From positions 1-50,214 of the IMG/VR virus record IMGVR_UViG_3300044698_000123: DNA of 50,214 bases; one strand, 5' to 3'. Shown here one piece after another: positions 16,843-25,936 of the stretch. This DNA comes from a virus. Lineage: Duplodnaviria > Caudoviricetes. The position numbers and the translations under genes are program-made. How positions within the stretch are numbered: the stretch's first letter is position 1; each line of letters opens with the position of its first letter. Under the pieces are notes generated by a model. The model was not told where the DNA came from. It saw only the letters and a list, made by a program, of their open reading frames with translations, and did not search any database.

Positions 16843-17152
16843 AGCGTTCCACCTCCGGAATGTTGGCCCCCTGCTCATGGAGCCACGGAATCACGCGGTC
16901 CACGACGCAGCGAGGGCACAGGTCGAGCGTGACGTGCCGCACCTCGCCCGTGTCGAAGCACGAGCGCGACCACCTGGCCGAAAGAGCGCCGTCGGAATTC
17001 ACGAGGTCGCTGAGGCCGTCCCCGTTGGGCAGATTCTCCTGTCGGTCCGGCTCTGGCCACGGCGTGTTGTCGTCCTTCACGGCCCCGCACAGGTCGCACG
17101 TCGTGGAGACGAGATCCTCTTGCACTACGGTCTTTTTGCGGTGGGTCTTCAT
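16832..17152 (-). CDS. Hypothetical Zn-binding protein
   Basis: CDLCG...DLCPRC; ATGA-coupled. Confidence 0.65.
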   Translation of the reverse strand: MKTHRKKTVVQEDLVSTTCDLCGAVKDDNTPWPEPDRQENLPNGDGLSDLVNSDGALSARWSRSCFDTGEVRHVTLDLCPRCVVDRVIPWLHEQGANIPEVERYEW

Positions 17153-17358
17153 GCTGCCCCCTGGTAAGCACTCGCCTTGATCGTGTACTCGTGGCCGCAT
17201 TTGCAGATCACGGTATCACACAACGCCTCGGGGTCCACGTCCCGGTAGAGGTCCACCCGCCACGCCGCCACCCGCCTGGCCTCTCGCTTGTGACAACGTG
17301 GGCATTCGGACTCCAGCCGCACCAGCCCGTCGTTCGTCGTGCGTGGTCGGTCGCTCAC
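17149..17358 (-). CDS. Small Zn-ribbon protein
   Basis: CPRC...CKCGH; GTGA overlap with the TerL stop. Confidence 0.6.
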   Translation of the reverse strand: MSDRPRTTNDGLVRLESECPRCHKREARRVAAWRVDLYRDVDPEALCDTVICKCGHEYTIKASAYQGAA

Positions 17359-20300
17359 AGAACGCCTCCACTGCGTGGTGCCATCCTGAGCTTCTTTCTT
17401 CGTGGCCGGGCCACCGCAGCCTGACCCTTCGCCGCTTCGGTGACGAGTTGCGGCAGACGCTCGCTGATCTGGGGAACCGTGTGCAGCGCGGCCATGTTGC
17501 CGATCCACAAGTCCAGAGCTTCGTTGGCCGCGCCCGCCTTGATCTTCCGGTACGTCCGGTGCACGCCACCACCCGAGCGGGACCAGTGCGCCTCTTCGGA
17601 GACGAGCTGCGCGAAGTAGTCGGCGTCGAACCCGCTCGCGACCACGATGCCGTCGGACGCCGCGACCTCCGGCGGCTTCACGAAGTGCATGCAACCGGGA
17701 CCGGGACGCTGGATTTGGAGCCGGCGGAAATACACGTCCTTGAGGCGGTCCACGGCCACTTTCCACGGGCGCACCCCGCGTCGGTTCGGCTTCTTCAGCC
17801 GACGCAGCGAATAGTCCCGGTGCCCGCCGACGCCATCGAACGCGTAGACCCCGGCCAGCTCCTTGCCGCGCACGAAGTCATGGACCCGGGGCGTCAGGTA
17901 TCCCTCGTCGATGCCGAGCACCGACAGGTACATCGTGCCGCCCGACGCCGTTTTCCACGGGCGATTGCGAAGGGCTTCGAGCGTGGACCACACGCCCGCG
18001 TCCTGCTCCGGGTCGCCGTAGATGCGCCAGTGCGCCAGCGCCCACGCCTGCTCGCGGACGCCCCATCCGACCACCTGCATCTCGAGCCGGTTGCCCTGGA
18101 CGTCCACCATGCCGGTCAGGATTCCGACGCCCTCCGGCACCTCGGCGGGGTAGGATGCGAGCCGGGCATGCAGCGAGGTCGGGTCGATGTCGGAGTGTCG
18201 GTCCTCCCAGGGCTCGGCGAGCACGAGGTTGAAGAATGCGCGCAGTGCGTCCGGGTCATTCTTGACGTTCAGGAATTCGGCGACAAGCCGCCCCCACTCC
18301 GAACCGGGTAGCGTGATCGTGATGCCGTTGAACCAGAGGCCTACGGTGCGCGTCCCGGGCAGGAGCACGGGATCGAGATCATCGCCTGGCTGGTACACGC
18401 TCGTGGTGTCCGTGCCGGGCTTCAGTGGCTTCTCGACGAGGTAGACGCCAGCCGCCTCCATCGCGGGCTTGGCGGACTCTTCGATCACGCAGCCGTTTGC
18501 GGCGCACACGTAGTACGCGGTGCGCGGCCGGTGGACAGTGCCCGCCCGCCTGATCTCCCCGGGCTGAAGCCGGTAGTCCTCGCCGACTTCCTCCTGCTCC
18601 CACCTGATCCCGAAAGGTGTGTCGGGCCCGCCCCATCGGAGGACCTGCATCGCGCCGCAGTGCGGGCAGGGAACGTGCAGTCGGCCGCGCCGCTCCATGC
18701 CGCCGTAGAGCGAGTGGATACGCCGGAGGACGTAGGTGGGTGTCGAAATCCAGACGAGCTTCCGGTCGGGCACGCGGTCGGTGCGCCGGCGGATGAGCGT
18801 GACCTGGTCGCCCTCGTTCTTCGCGCCGGAGCCCGCCGTGTCATCCCACCCGTCCACGTCGTCGGACAGCACAGTCCCGATCGTCACCATGCGGAAGCCG
18901 CGCCCCGAGTTCGATCCGACGATGCCGATCGAGCCGCCCGCGTAGCTATTGTGCGTCCGAATCATGCTGCGGCCAGCGAGATACAAGTGGCTCGGGCTAT
19001 CCACTGTGATGCACCTCACCGGCACGGAAGGCACCCGGCCCACCGCCACAATCCGGCGGCGATCTGCGCGACCACTCCACTGGCGCGGCGATTCCAGTTG
19101 GCGCGCGCTCTTGCGAGTGAGCCGAAAGATCGAGAGTCCGGGCCGCACTGCAAACGAGAGCCGCACAACGTCGCGGCAGCGCACGCGCCTCCCGTCCTCT
19201 TTGCGATAGTACCCATGGCGCGTCGAGCGCCTGGGGGTCAGGCCGAGTGAGACAAGCAACTCCTCGATTCCGTCAGCGAGACACGGGAGGACGGTATCAA
19301 TCGACGCCTGACGGCCATCTTTCCCGATGTGGCCATCGGTGTCCATTAGGCCCTGCAGTAAAGCGAGCCGCTGATCGGCGGACGCCCTGAGATAGATCGG
19401 CGGGATGCGCTTCCGGCTGTTGCCGTCCCCTGATTTGCTCAACAACGACAGAGACGCGAGTCCGTCCGATACCGTCCCTGGCACGCGCCCGTATTGCCCC
19501 GATCGATTGCGGCGGACGCTGCGCGGGTCCATGACGAGTAACACAGTGCCCGCGCGTGCGCGCCTGCACTCCACAGTCACACCGCATTCGCGTAGAAGCC
19601 CGCTAAACTCCTCGCTGTCGTGCGCCCCGATCGTGATCGCGGGACGGTGAGATAGTCCGTCGCCCAGCCACACGCCGAGTACGTATGGGTCGACCGGCGG
19701 GCTTGTCTCGTCGAGACGGAGCGGGGCGGTCGATCGGACGGAGTACTTGAATCGCTGAGACAACCTCACACCCTTAGCGATCTCGTGCGTCTTACGTATC
19801 CCTGCGACGCGGCACTGCTTACCGTCGACCACCTTCCACCACTCCACCGACCAGCTATGGCCCGCATCTGCGACGATGCTCGAGCCGTCGGAGAAAGTGA
19901 CCCGGTAGCACTCCTGTTTGTCCATCACCTCGGTGACGTGGGTGACCGAGCACGGGTTGCCCAGTTCATCGAAGACGCGGTCGCCTATCGTGATAGCGCC
20001 CATCGTCGTCCAGCCCGTAGGCGTTGCCAACTGTGTGTCGAGCGCGAGCGCCTTTTCCAGGATCGTGTTCGACTTCTTGCGCGAGCCGTCTTCGAGTCGG
20101 CCCTGAAGTTCCGGCGTGTCGTCCACCATCGGCTGGAGCTTCTTCTTGCTCCACTTCTCGGCCTCGTCCACTGAGGGGATCACGGCCAGGATATGGCGCG
20201 GATCCAGGTGCATGTGGTAGCCGATGATGTTGAGTAGCGCGCCCTCGGTCGCCCCCGACTGCGACGGCTTTATGACGGTGATTTCCTCGACGCCCGGATC

Positions 20301-20498
20301 CGAGTATGCCTCCAGGATCGTGCGAACGTGGGGCGTCAGCGACGAGTCGTAGAGCGATCCGTCGGGCCAGCGGCGGTACCGCTCCGCCCACTGGAGCACG
20401 GTCATGCGCTCGATGGCCGCAAGGATTCTGCGGGCACGTGCGACCGCGCCGGTCCACCAGGCGGTGGAGCCGTGGACGGTGAAGGCGGGGGCATTCAC
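17355..20498 (-). CDS. terL: Terminase large subunit, lambda gpA family, containing an intein
   Basis: WAERYR, KPSQSGATE (Walker A), VLSDDVD, WISTPT, VPCPHCG, FFNLVLAEPW, VDVQGNRLE, NEALD. Confidence 0.95.
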   Translation of the reverse strand: MNAPAFTVHGSTAWWTGAVARARRILAAIERMTVLQWAERYRRWPDGSLYDSSLTPHVRTILEAYSDPGVEEITVIKPSQSGATEGALLNIIGYHMHLDPRHILAVIPSVDEAEKWSKKKLQPMVDDTPELQGRLEDGSRKKSNTILEKALALDTQLATPTGWTTMGAITIGDRVFDELGNPCSVTHVTEVMDKQECYRVTFSDGSSIVADAGHSWSVEWWKVVDGKQCRVAGIRKTHEIAKGVRLSQRFKYSVRSTAPLRLDETSPPVDPYVLGVWLGDGLSHRPAITIGAHDSEEFSGLLRECGVTVECRRARAGTVLLVMDPRSVRRNRSGQYGRVPGTVSDGLASLSLLSKSGDGNSRKRIPPIYLRASADQRLALLQGLMDTDGHIGKDGRQASIDTVLPCLADGIEELLVSLGLTPRRSTRHGYYRKEDGRRVRCRDVVRLSFAVRPGLSIFRLTRKSARQLESPRQWSGRADRRRIVAVGRVPSVPVRCITVDSPSHLYLAGRSMIRTHNSYAGGSIGIVGSNSGRGFRMVTIGTVLSDDVDGWDDTAGSGAKNEGDQVTLIRRRTDRVPDRKLVWISTPTYVLRRIHSLYGGMERRGRLHVPCPHCGAMQVLRWGGPDTPFGIRWEQEEVGEDYRLQPGEIRRAGTVHRPRTAYYVCAANGCVIEESAKPAMEAAGVYLVEKPLKPGTDTTSVYQPGDDLDPVLLPGTRTVGLWFNGITITLPGSEWGRLVAEFLNVKNDPDALRAFFNLVLAEPWEDRHSDIDPTSLHARLASYPAEVPEGVGILTGMVDVQGNRLEMQVVGWGVREQAWALAHWRIYGDPEQDAGVWSTLEALRNRPWKTASGGTMYLSVLGIDEGYLTPRVHDFVRGKELAGVYAFDGVGGHRDYSLRRLKKPNRRGVRPWKVAVDRLKDVYFRRLQIQRPGPGCMHFVKPPEVAASDGIVVASGFDADYFAQLVSEEAHWSRSGGGVHRTYRKIKAGAANEALDLWIGNMAALHTVPQISERLPQLVTEAAKGQAAVARPRRKKLRMAPRSGGVL
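18948..20051 (-). mobile_element. Class 3 (Ala1, W-C-T) intein with LAGLIDADG homing endonuclease, 368 aa
   Basis: K|ALALDTQLATPTGW start; ADAGHSW; YVLGVWLGDG; LLQGLMDTDG; VRCITV; THN|S end. Confidence 0.92.
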
Positions 20499-21094
20499 GC
20501 CGCTTCCTCCGTCGCGTCCGCCCGCTCGACCGCCAGTCGCTCGATCGCGTCCAGTAGTCCGGCGCGGACCTCCTCGGTGATCTCCTCCACGATGTCCATC
20601 GCCTCGCCCGGAGCGATCCCGAGCCGCCGGGCGAGCGCCGGCCCCCGCCGCCGTTTCGCGCTCCGCAGTGTCGCGTCCATGGCGAGGAGCACGGCGTCCA
20701 GGTTGTCGAGCGACTCCTCGACCTTCACCAGCGTGCCGCGGAGTAACTCGTTCTCCATCGCCGCCTTGTCGGCCTTCTCCCGGGTGAGCCGGATCTGCTC
20801 GTCACGGAGCGCATCGCCGCCGGAGCCGCCTTCGGAATTTCCGTGACCGCCGCGGCCCGCCGCTTTGTAGCGCTCGTAGTCCTCGCGGATCGTCGGCCAC
20901 GGATAGGAGCGGTCGGGGTTGCGCGAGATCGAGCCGCGCCGCTCGAGCACGTACAGCCACGTCTCCGAGATCCCGAGCCGCCGCGCCGCGTCGGCCCGCG
21001 TGAGCGCCTCGAATCCCGCCGCCCCCGAGGGCTGCTCGGCTTTCGTCGGCTTCAGTGGCCTTCTGCCTGGCTTCGGTCCGGTTTTCCGTGGCAT
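20495..21094 (-). CDS. terS: Terminase small subunit (Nu1-like)
   Basis: HTH (LTRADAARRLGIS) plus RLTREKADKAAMENELLRGTLV coiled coil; coupled to terL. Confidence 0.88.
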   Translation of the reverse strand: MPRKTGPKPGRRPLKPTKAEQPSGAAGFEALTRADAARRLGISETWLYVLERRGSISRNPDRSYPWPTIREDYERYKAAGRGGHGNSEGGSGGDALRDEQIRLTREKADKAAMENELLRGTLVKVEESLDNLDAVLLAMDATLRSAKRRRGPALARRLGIAPGEAMDIVEEITEEVRAGLLDAIERLAVERADATEEAA

Positions 21095-21100
21095 CGTCAG

Positions 21101-21185
21101 AATAATTTCAAGTTTGAAAAGTTGAATGGCTACAGAAATTCAACGCTAGCGCGATACCCGTTGGCCAACCGTGTCAGAAGGACCC
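21101..21185 (-). promoter_or_regulatory. Candidate lambda-like cos region
   Basis: GGGTCCT (identical to lambda cosQ) at 21185-21179, GGGTATCGCGCT at 21159-21148, AT-rich inverted repeats before terS. Confidence 0.65.
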
Positions 21186-21216
21186 GCGTCGATGTGACAC
21201 ACGCCGTTATGGCAGG

Positions 21217-21453
21217 TCACACCGCCACCCCGCGATCCCGGAATCGCCTGCCCGACTTGACCATCACCCGCACCCACGGATGGCGAGGGATCCGCCCGCA
21301 CAGTGCACACGCCTCCCAGCGCCGCCCGGTGCCCGCGGTATACACCCTACCGCTCGGCAGTGGTCTGCGGCAGTGACGGTCTCCGGTCGGGTGGCGGTCG
21401 TGGACTTCAGGGACGGGTTGGCGTTCAGGGAGGTGCATGCGTTGGGTGGTCAT
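21217..21453 (-). CDS. Small hypothetical protein
   Basis: ATGA-coupled start; CALC motif. Confidence 0.45.
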   Translation of the reverse strand: MTTQRMHLPERQPVPEVHDRHPTGDRHCRRPLPSGRVYTAGTGRRWEACALCGRIPRHPWVRVMVKSGRRFRDRGVAV

Positions 21454-22277
21454 CGGTTGCCTCCGTTGGGTTCGGCCATGAACCGTCGATCCACACCGGG
21501 CACGGCGACGTAGCGGTACACCAGGTCCCCCAGGCGGCTGGCCACCCGGTCCCATAGCTCCACGTCCCGGTAGCGGCCCGCGAGGTCCGCCGGGGTGCCG
21601 TTGGCCGTGATGACGGTCGCGGCGCCTTCCCTCTCGTCCAGCACGGTAGAAAGCACACGCAGGGCGTCGTCCGTGCCCTTCTCGCGGCCGAGATCATCGA
21701 AGACCAGGAGGTGGGGCCTACGCGCCACGCTCTCGATCAGCGCGTCCGTGGTCCCCGTCCCGTAGGAGTCCTGCACCCTGGCCACGAAGCGGTCGACGGG
21801 CACGTAGACCATAGGCAGGCCGGGCTTCCGCTCGTGCACCGCCCGCATAATGGCGACGGCCAGATGGCTTTTGCCCGTGCCCTTCGTCTCGTGGAGCAGG
21901 TACAGTCCCCGTACCCGGTCGTGCTTGCCGGCTACCACGGTCTCGGCCACGAATAGGCGGGCGGCGTCCAGTGCCTTCGAAGCGTAGGTCGCGTCGAAAT
22001 TATCGAGCGTCGCGTGGCCGTGCTTCCTGGTGTTCACCCCGAGCGCGTACAGCCAGTCGAGCACCTCGTCGCCCTGGGGTGCCTCGGCCGGCGGGGCGCT
22101 CCGCTCGTCGTGCACCCGGTCCAGGCACGCCTGGCAGGTCACGCGAGGTAGCGGGTTCGCGCGGCCGTTGACGAAAAGCCGCTGGATCGTGACGTCGGAT
22201 CCGCAACCGTGTGAGCAGGAGACCGCCTCAGGCTTCACGTCGACACGCGGCTTCGGGTACTTCTTCGGCTCTGGCAT
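21450..22277 (-). CDS. DnaC/IstB-like AAA+ helicase loader
   Basis: ATLDNF, KGTGKSHLA, LLVFDDLGRE, VITAN, DRVASRL; N-terminal Cys cluster. Confidence 0.9.
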   Translation of the reverse strand: MPEPKKYPKPRVDVKPEAVSCSHGCGSDVTIQRLFVNGRANPLPRVTCQACLDRVHDERSAPPAEAPQGDEVLDWLYALGVNTRKHGHATLDNFDATYASKALDAARLFVAETVVAGKHDRVRGLYLLHETKGTGKSHLAVAIMRAVHERKPGLPMVYVPVDRFVARVQDSYGTGTTDALIESVARRPHLLVFDDLGREKGTDDALRVLSTVLDEREGAATVITANGTPADLAGRYRDVELWDRVASRLGDLVYRYVAVPGVDRRFMAEPNGGNR

Positions 22278-22278
22278 G

Positions 22279-23199
22279 TCAGCCCTCCACGTGGACTTTG
22301 CGGGACGATGGGGTGCGCTTGGCTGGCCGTGCGGGCCCATCGGCACCGATGGCTTTCTTCGCGTCGCTGTCCACACCAAGAGCCGAGGCCACCAGGTAGC
22401 GCACCGTCGAGCGGAGGTTCCCGAAGTCGCCGGGCTTCCTACGGAAGTGGTCCCCGACTTCGCTGCATGCGAGAAGCTCGCCGAACGCGGCCCCCATGAT
22501 CTTCGCTCTGCCCTCGTGCAACGCCTGGCCGGTCCTGTCCCGCCACATCCACTCGTCGCCGCCTTCGAGGGCAGTCACGACGCGCCACGCATACCCGGGC
22601 TGGTGCTCGATCGCCACCCTGGCCGCAAGGTAGTCGTGCATCATCGTGCGGCACCCGTGGAGCAGGTCGGAGCGTTCGTCGAGTGCCCGTTCCGCGTCGG
22701 GGTGGAGTTCGCTCCCCGCCTCGCGCGCGCGCGCCCGCCCGGGGGTAGAGGCTGCTGCTGAGGATGAGGTAGAGGAGGAGGGAGCGCTCAGGTCCCCCCT
22801 GGGTGGGGGGTAGAATGGATCTCCGGTCCCCCCTGGGTGGGGGGTAGAACTCTCCCCCCCCCTCAAGGGTGGGGAAACATCTATCTCAGGTCCCCCCTGG
22901 GCGGGGGGGTAAACTTTCCCTGATCCCCCTTGGGAGGGGGGTAGAAAAGAGTAGATCGGCGAGCCGCGACCCCCGGGACTGCGCTGAGCCCACCCGTGGA
23001 GGACGAGTTCCTGGACGTACCCTGCGATACTGTCGTCCTTGGCCATGCCGTCGCGCGGGCCCCTCCCAAGTAGGATGCGAAGCTCGTCGTGGGCGATCTC
23101 GTGGTCTCCGTCGCCGTGGCTGGCGACATGGAGGCCGATCAGGCGCGCCTCCCGGGACAGTCGGGTGTCGTGCATCAGGCGGAGCTCGTCCGATGTCAT
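22279..23199 (-). CDS. Putative replication initiator (lambda O-like organisation)
   Basis: N-terminal DTRLSREARLI wHTH-like region, internal iteron array encoding a Pro/Gly linker, upstream of the DnaC-like gene. Confidence 0.7.
   Translation of the reverse strand: MTSDELRLMHDTRLSREARLIGLHVASHGDGDHEIAHDELRILLGRGPRDGMAKDDSIAGYVQELVLHGWAQRSPGGRGSPIYSFLPPSQGGSGKVYPPAQGGPEIDVSPPLRGGESSTPHPGGTGDPFYPPPRGDLSAPSSSTSSSAAASTPGRARAREAGSELHPDAERALDERSDLLHGCRTMMHDYLAARVAIEHQPGYAWRVVTALEGGDEWMWRDRTGQALHEGRAKIMGAAFGELLACSEVGDHFRRKPGDFGNLRSTVRYLVASALGVDSDAKKAIGADGPARPAKRTPSSRKVHVEG
22791..22946. repeat. Iteron-like array (candidate replication origin)
   Basis: GGTCCCCCCTGGGTGGGGGGTAGAA exact at 22791 and 22825, variants at 22889 and 22922, degenerate copy near 22855; period about 33 bp. 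Confidence 0.75.
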
Positions 23200-23828
23200 G
23201 GGTGCGCGTCGTCCTCTCGGGAGGTTGTGGGGGTAGGGGTGATAGCCTCTCTTTGTGTACCGACGTTCAAGGCGCTCCAGAGGCGCGTGGCCAGCTCCTC
23301 ACGCTCTCTGGGCGGCACGCAGGGTACCTTGGCCAGCTCGAAGAACTGCTCCTCAGTGTCAGTCGGGACGGGCAGTCCGGAGTCCAGGCACCAAGCAGAG
23401 CCCGCGTCGTGGCGAACCCGGCTGACCTCCCGCATGCGCATCACGCAGTAGTGCCCGAGCTCAGCGGGGCCTGTGCGGATGGCGAGCTGAGAGCCCCACG
23501 CGGAAGGCGCGTGCACCAGATAAACGTCCAGCTTGAGCCCGGGGTGGCCCAGCAGGTCCGAGACCTGCATCATCCGCTCGCCGCCCTTGACCCACGTCCC
23601 CATCTGGTGCATGGCGGCCCGGACGGGCTCGATCACGGGCGTGGTGCCCCCGAACAGGTCCTCGTGCATGACGGGCTCGGCCAGGAACTCGATGTCGCCG
23701 ACCGTCTCCTTCCGCCGCCTGACGCTGCCCACGCACTTCAGGCGGGCCATGACGGGAGTAAGGCGACGGGACACCTCCTGGGCGAGCTCCAGGGCCTCCT
23801 GGAGGGGCATGCGTAGGCCGATACTCAT
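23196..23828 (-). CDS. Minimal family X DNA polymerase (catalytic core only)
   Basis: VGSVRRRKETVGDIEFL, KLDVY, IRTGPAE, TEEQFFELAKVPCVPPRERE. Confidence 0.85.
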   Translation of the reverse strand: MSIGLRMPLQEALELAQEVSRRLTPVMARLKCVGSVRRRKETVGDIEFLAEPVMHEDLFGGTTPVIEPVRAAMHQMGTWVKGGERMMQVSDLLGHPGLKLDVYLVHAPSAWGSQLAIRTGPAELGHYCVMRMREVSRVRHDAGSAWCLDSGLPVPTDTEEQFFELAKVPCVPPREREELATRLWSALNVGTQREAITPTPTTSREDDAHP

Positions 23829-24538
23829 GACTTCTCCTCTCTCCCGGGGCCGTGCCCCGTGGTGTCGGTACGCCCCTCACTGGCCCCCTCCGCTGGGGCG
23901 CTGGTCGTGGACGGCCCGTCCTGCTGCGGAGCACCGGGCTTCTCGGGGGGGTTATTCGATTCTTCGACGATCCGAATACGGGCCACCAGCTCCGCGTGCG
24001 TCGGGGCCCGGTTGGCGGCCTCGGAGTCGAACAGCGTGCCCTGGTCTACTCTGTCGCGTTGGCACCACGCATCCCAAGCCACGGTCACGCCTCCGGTCCC
24101 CGGGAAGATGTCCGCGAAATCGTCGGTTGGGTCCGCGCCGAGTAACCCGAATATCCAGTAGCAGAACGACGCAGGCTTTGCGCCCGCCAACCCGCGCTTT
24201 AGGGTAATGTTGGCGACGTGGTGGTCGCGCACCGTGTCCACGTCCTTGCTCGCCTTCCTGGCAGTCCTGTAGATGACCGGCTCCCATGTGTATGCCGGGT
24301 CCACGCCAGGCTTGAATGAGGCGAACGGCTTGACCCACACCGCGACGCGAACCCCCGGAGGAGCTGCGGGCAGGAGCACGCGAAGCGACGGCTCGTGCAG
24401 CGACAGCGCCCAGGCGTCGTACTGCCCGTCCAAGTGGAACATGAGGTCTACGTGGGCGCCGGGATCGTCGTAGGTCGGGTCGCCATACAGCTTGGCGGCA
24501 CACCCGAGATAGGGCGGATCTGCGTAGGCGAACCTCAC
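23825..24538 (-). CDS. Compact N6-adenine/N4-cytosine DNA methyltransferase
   Basis: YADPPY near the N-terminus, GAKP, DIFPGTGG; GTG start at 24538. Confidence 0.75.
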   Translation of the reverse strand: MRFAYADPPYLGCAAKLYGDPTYDDPGAHVDLMFHLDGQYDAWALSLHEPSLRVLLPAAPPGVRVAVWVKPFASFKPGVDPAYTWEPVIYRTARKASKDVDTVRDHHVANITLKRGLAGAKPASFCYWIFGLLGADPTDDFADIFPGTGGVTVAWDAWCQRDRVDQGTLFDSEAANRAPTHAELVARIRIVEESNNPPEKPGAPQQDGPSTTSAPAEGASEGRTDTTGHGPGREEKS

Positions 24539-24614
24539 GACCGCCCCTCTCTGGAGTACCGGGGGATGGTCATGGGGTGCGCTCCTTGGCTGACATGATG
24601 CGTTGGCCGATCCA

Positions 24615-25562
24615 CTAGACGACCGACGCAGTAACCCCATTGCCCGCCATCCTGTAGCGTGGGCCGTCCGCCATGTTCACGCGCTTGCCGCCCTCGCCGA
24701 TGCCCCATGCCGTGTGTCCGTCGGGCCAGTCCTGGAGGCGTTCGCATTCGGTGGGGGTGAGGCGGCGTGGGATGGTAGAGCCCACCGCAGGGTTGCTCGT
24801 CTCGCTGGCCTGAAGCGCGTCCGTCGTCGCGCTGTCCACGCGCATCGTCTGGCTGGCGCTCTTGTTCCACCCAAACGCCACCGGGTACGCCCCACAGGTG
24901 TCTAGGTCGCCGTGTCCAAACCTGTCGCCGCCCGTGCGGTTAGCGCCCGCGCCAATGCAGCCGGCAACTTCTTCCCCCGCCTCTCGGCTCGGCGCAGGAT
25001 GCCCATACAAGCCCTCGGAGAGAGCAAGTATTTCGGCAGCACGTTCTGCTCTAAAATCTGCGACAATGAACACACGTCGCCTTCTTTGGGCCACGCCGAA
25101 GAATTGGCTGTCCATGACTCGCCACGCGATGTCCACCGCCCCGAGGTTTGCCAGTTCAGCGAGAACGACAGCAAAATCGTTTCCGCCGTTTGACGAGAGC
25201 AATCCCGGGACGTTTTCGAAAAGAGCGAAGGCTGGACCGACTCCGGCATCTTGAAGCTCCTTGATGATCCGCATAGCCTCGAAAAACAGCGACGACCGCT
25301 TGCCCTCGATGAGTCCCGCACGACGGCCAGCCACCGACAGATCTTGACATGGCCAGCCGCCGCAGATCAGGTCCACGGGCGCGAGGTTGTGCGCTCCGAC
25401 ATCATGCACGTCCTCGTAGTGGGGGACATCCGGCCAATGCCTCCGTAGCACCGCCCGACATTGCGGGTCGATCTCCACGCTCCACGCGGGCGTCATACCA
25501 CACCGGGAGAGCCCAAGGTCAAAGCCACCCACGCCGGCGAATAAACTACCGAAGCGAATCAC
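24615..25562 (-). CDS. C5-cytosine DNA methyltransferase, apparently truncated by a TAG within motif X
   Basis: SLFAGVGG, GGWPCQD, ENVPG, QRRRRVF, RRLTPTECERLQ, GNGV; frame continues WIGQRI after the TAG. Confidence 0.9.
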   Translation of the reverse strand: MIRFGSLFAGVGGFDLGLSRCGMTPAWSVEIDPQCRAVLRRHWPDVPHYEDVHDVGAHNLAPVDLICGGWPCQDLSVAGRRAGLIEGKRSSLFFEAMRIIKELQDAGVGPAFALFENVPGLLSSNGGNDFAVVLAELANLGAVDIAWRVMDSQFFGVAQRRRRVFIVADFRAERAAEILALSEGLYGHPAPSREAGEEVAGCIGAGANRTGGDRFGHGDLDTCGAYPVAFGWNKSASQTMRVDSATTDALQASETSNPAVGSTIPRRLTPTECERLQDWPDGHTAWGIGEGGKRVNMADGPRYRMAGNGVTASVV

Positions 25563-25900
25563 ACGAACCTGCCCGAATGGTCCCGCTCTCGCGTGTGCGA
25601 GTCCGCCATCCTATGAAGACGCGAATGTGCGCCCCTATCCATCAACTCTAGGTTGTCGCGGTGGTTATTGAGCCGATTGCCGTCCTTGTGATGTACGACC
25701 TCGCCAGACCGCAACCTTCTGCCGATTGCCAATTCCACGATTCGGCGGGCCACCCGCTTGCCGCACGCCTTGCACTTCGCCCACCGTTTCGAGGTCGCCC
25801 GCGTGCCGTGGCCGCAGTCGGGGCAGATGCCGCCCGATCCGACCATGAGCGCGTAGACGAAAGCGAGGCCGTCACGGTGGGCGAGAAGGTGGTCAGCCAT
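25559..25900 (-). CDS. Zn-ribbon plus HNH endonuclease
   Basis: CPDC..CKAC; VVHHKDGNRLNNHRDNLEL...HSRLH. Confidence 0.78.
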   Translation of the reverse strand: MADHLLAHRDGLAFVYALMVGSGGICPDCGHGTRATSKRWAKCKACGKRVARRIVELAIGRRLRSGEVVHHKDGNRLNNHRDNLELMDRGAHSRLHRMADSHTRERDHSGRFV

Positions 25901-25936
25901 GCTCCATCTCCCCGATCCGCAGCGCAGACATCGCAC

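Noticed and set aside
22791-22946. Possible mini-CRISPR array
   Set aside because: Gaps are only about 8-9 nt; position inside the initiator gene fits iterons
24615-24617. Genome-wide TAG recoding
   Set aside because: Other genes end cleanly at TAG (for example 461-463, 3 nt before the next start) and no suppressor tRNA was seen
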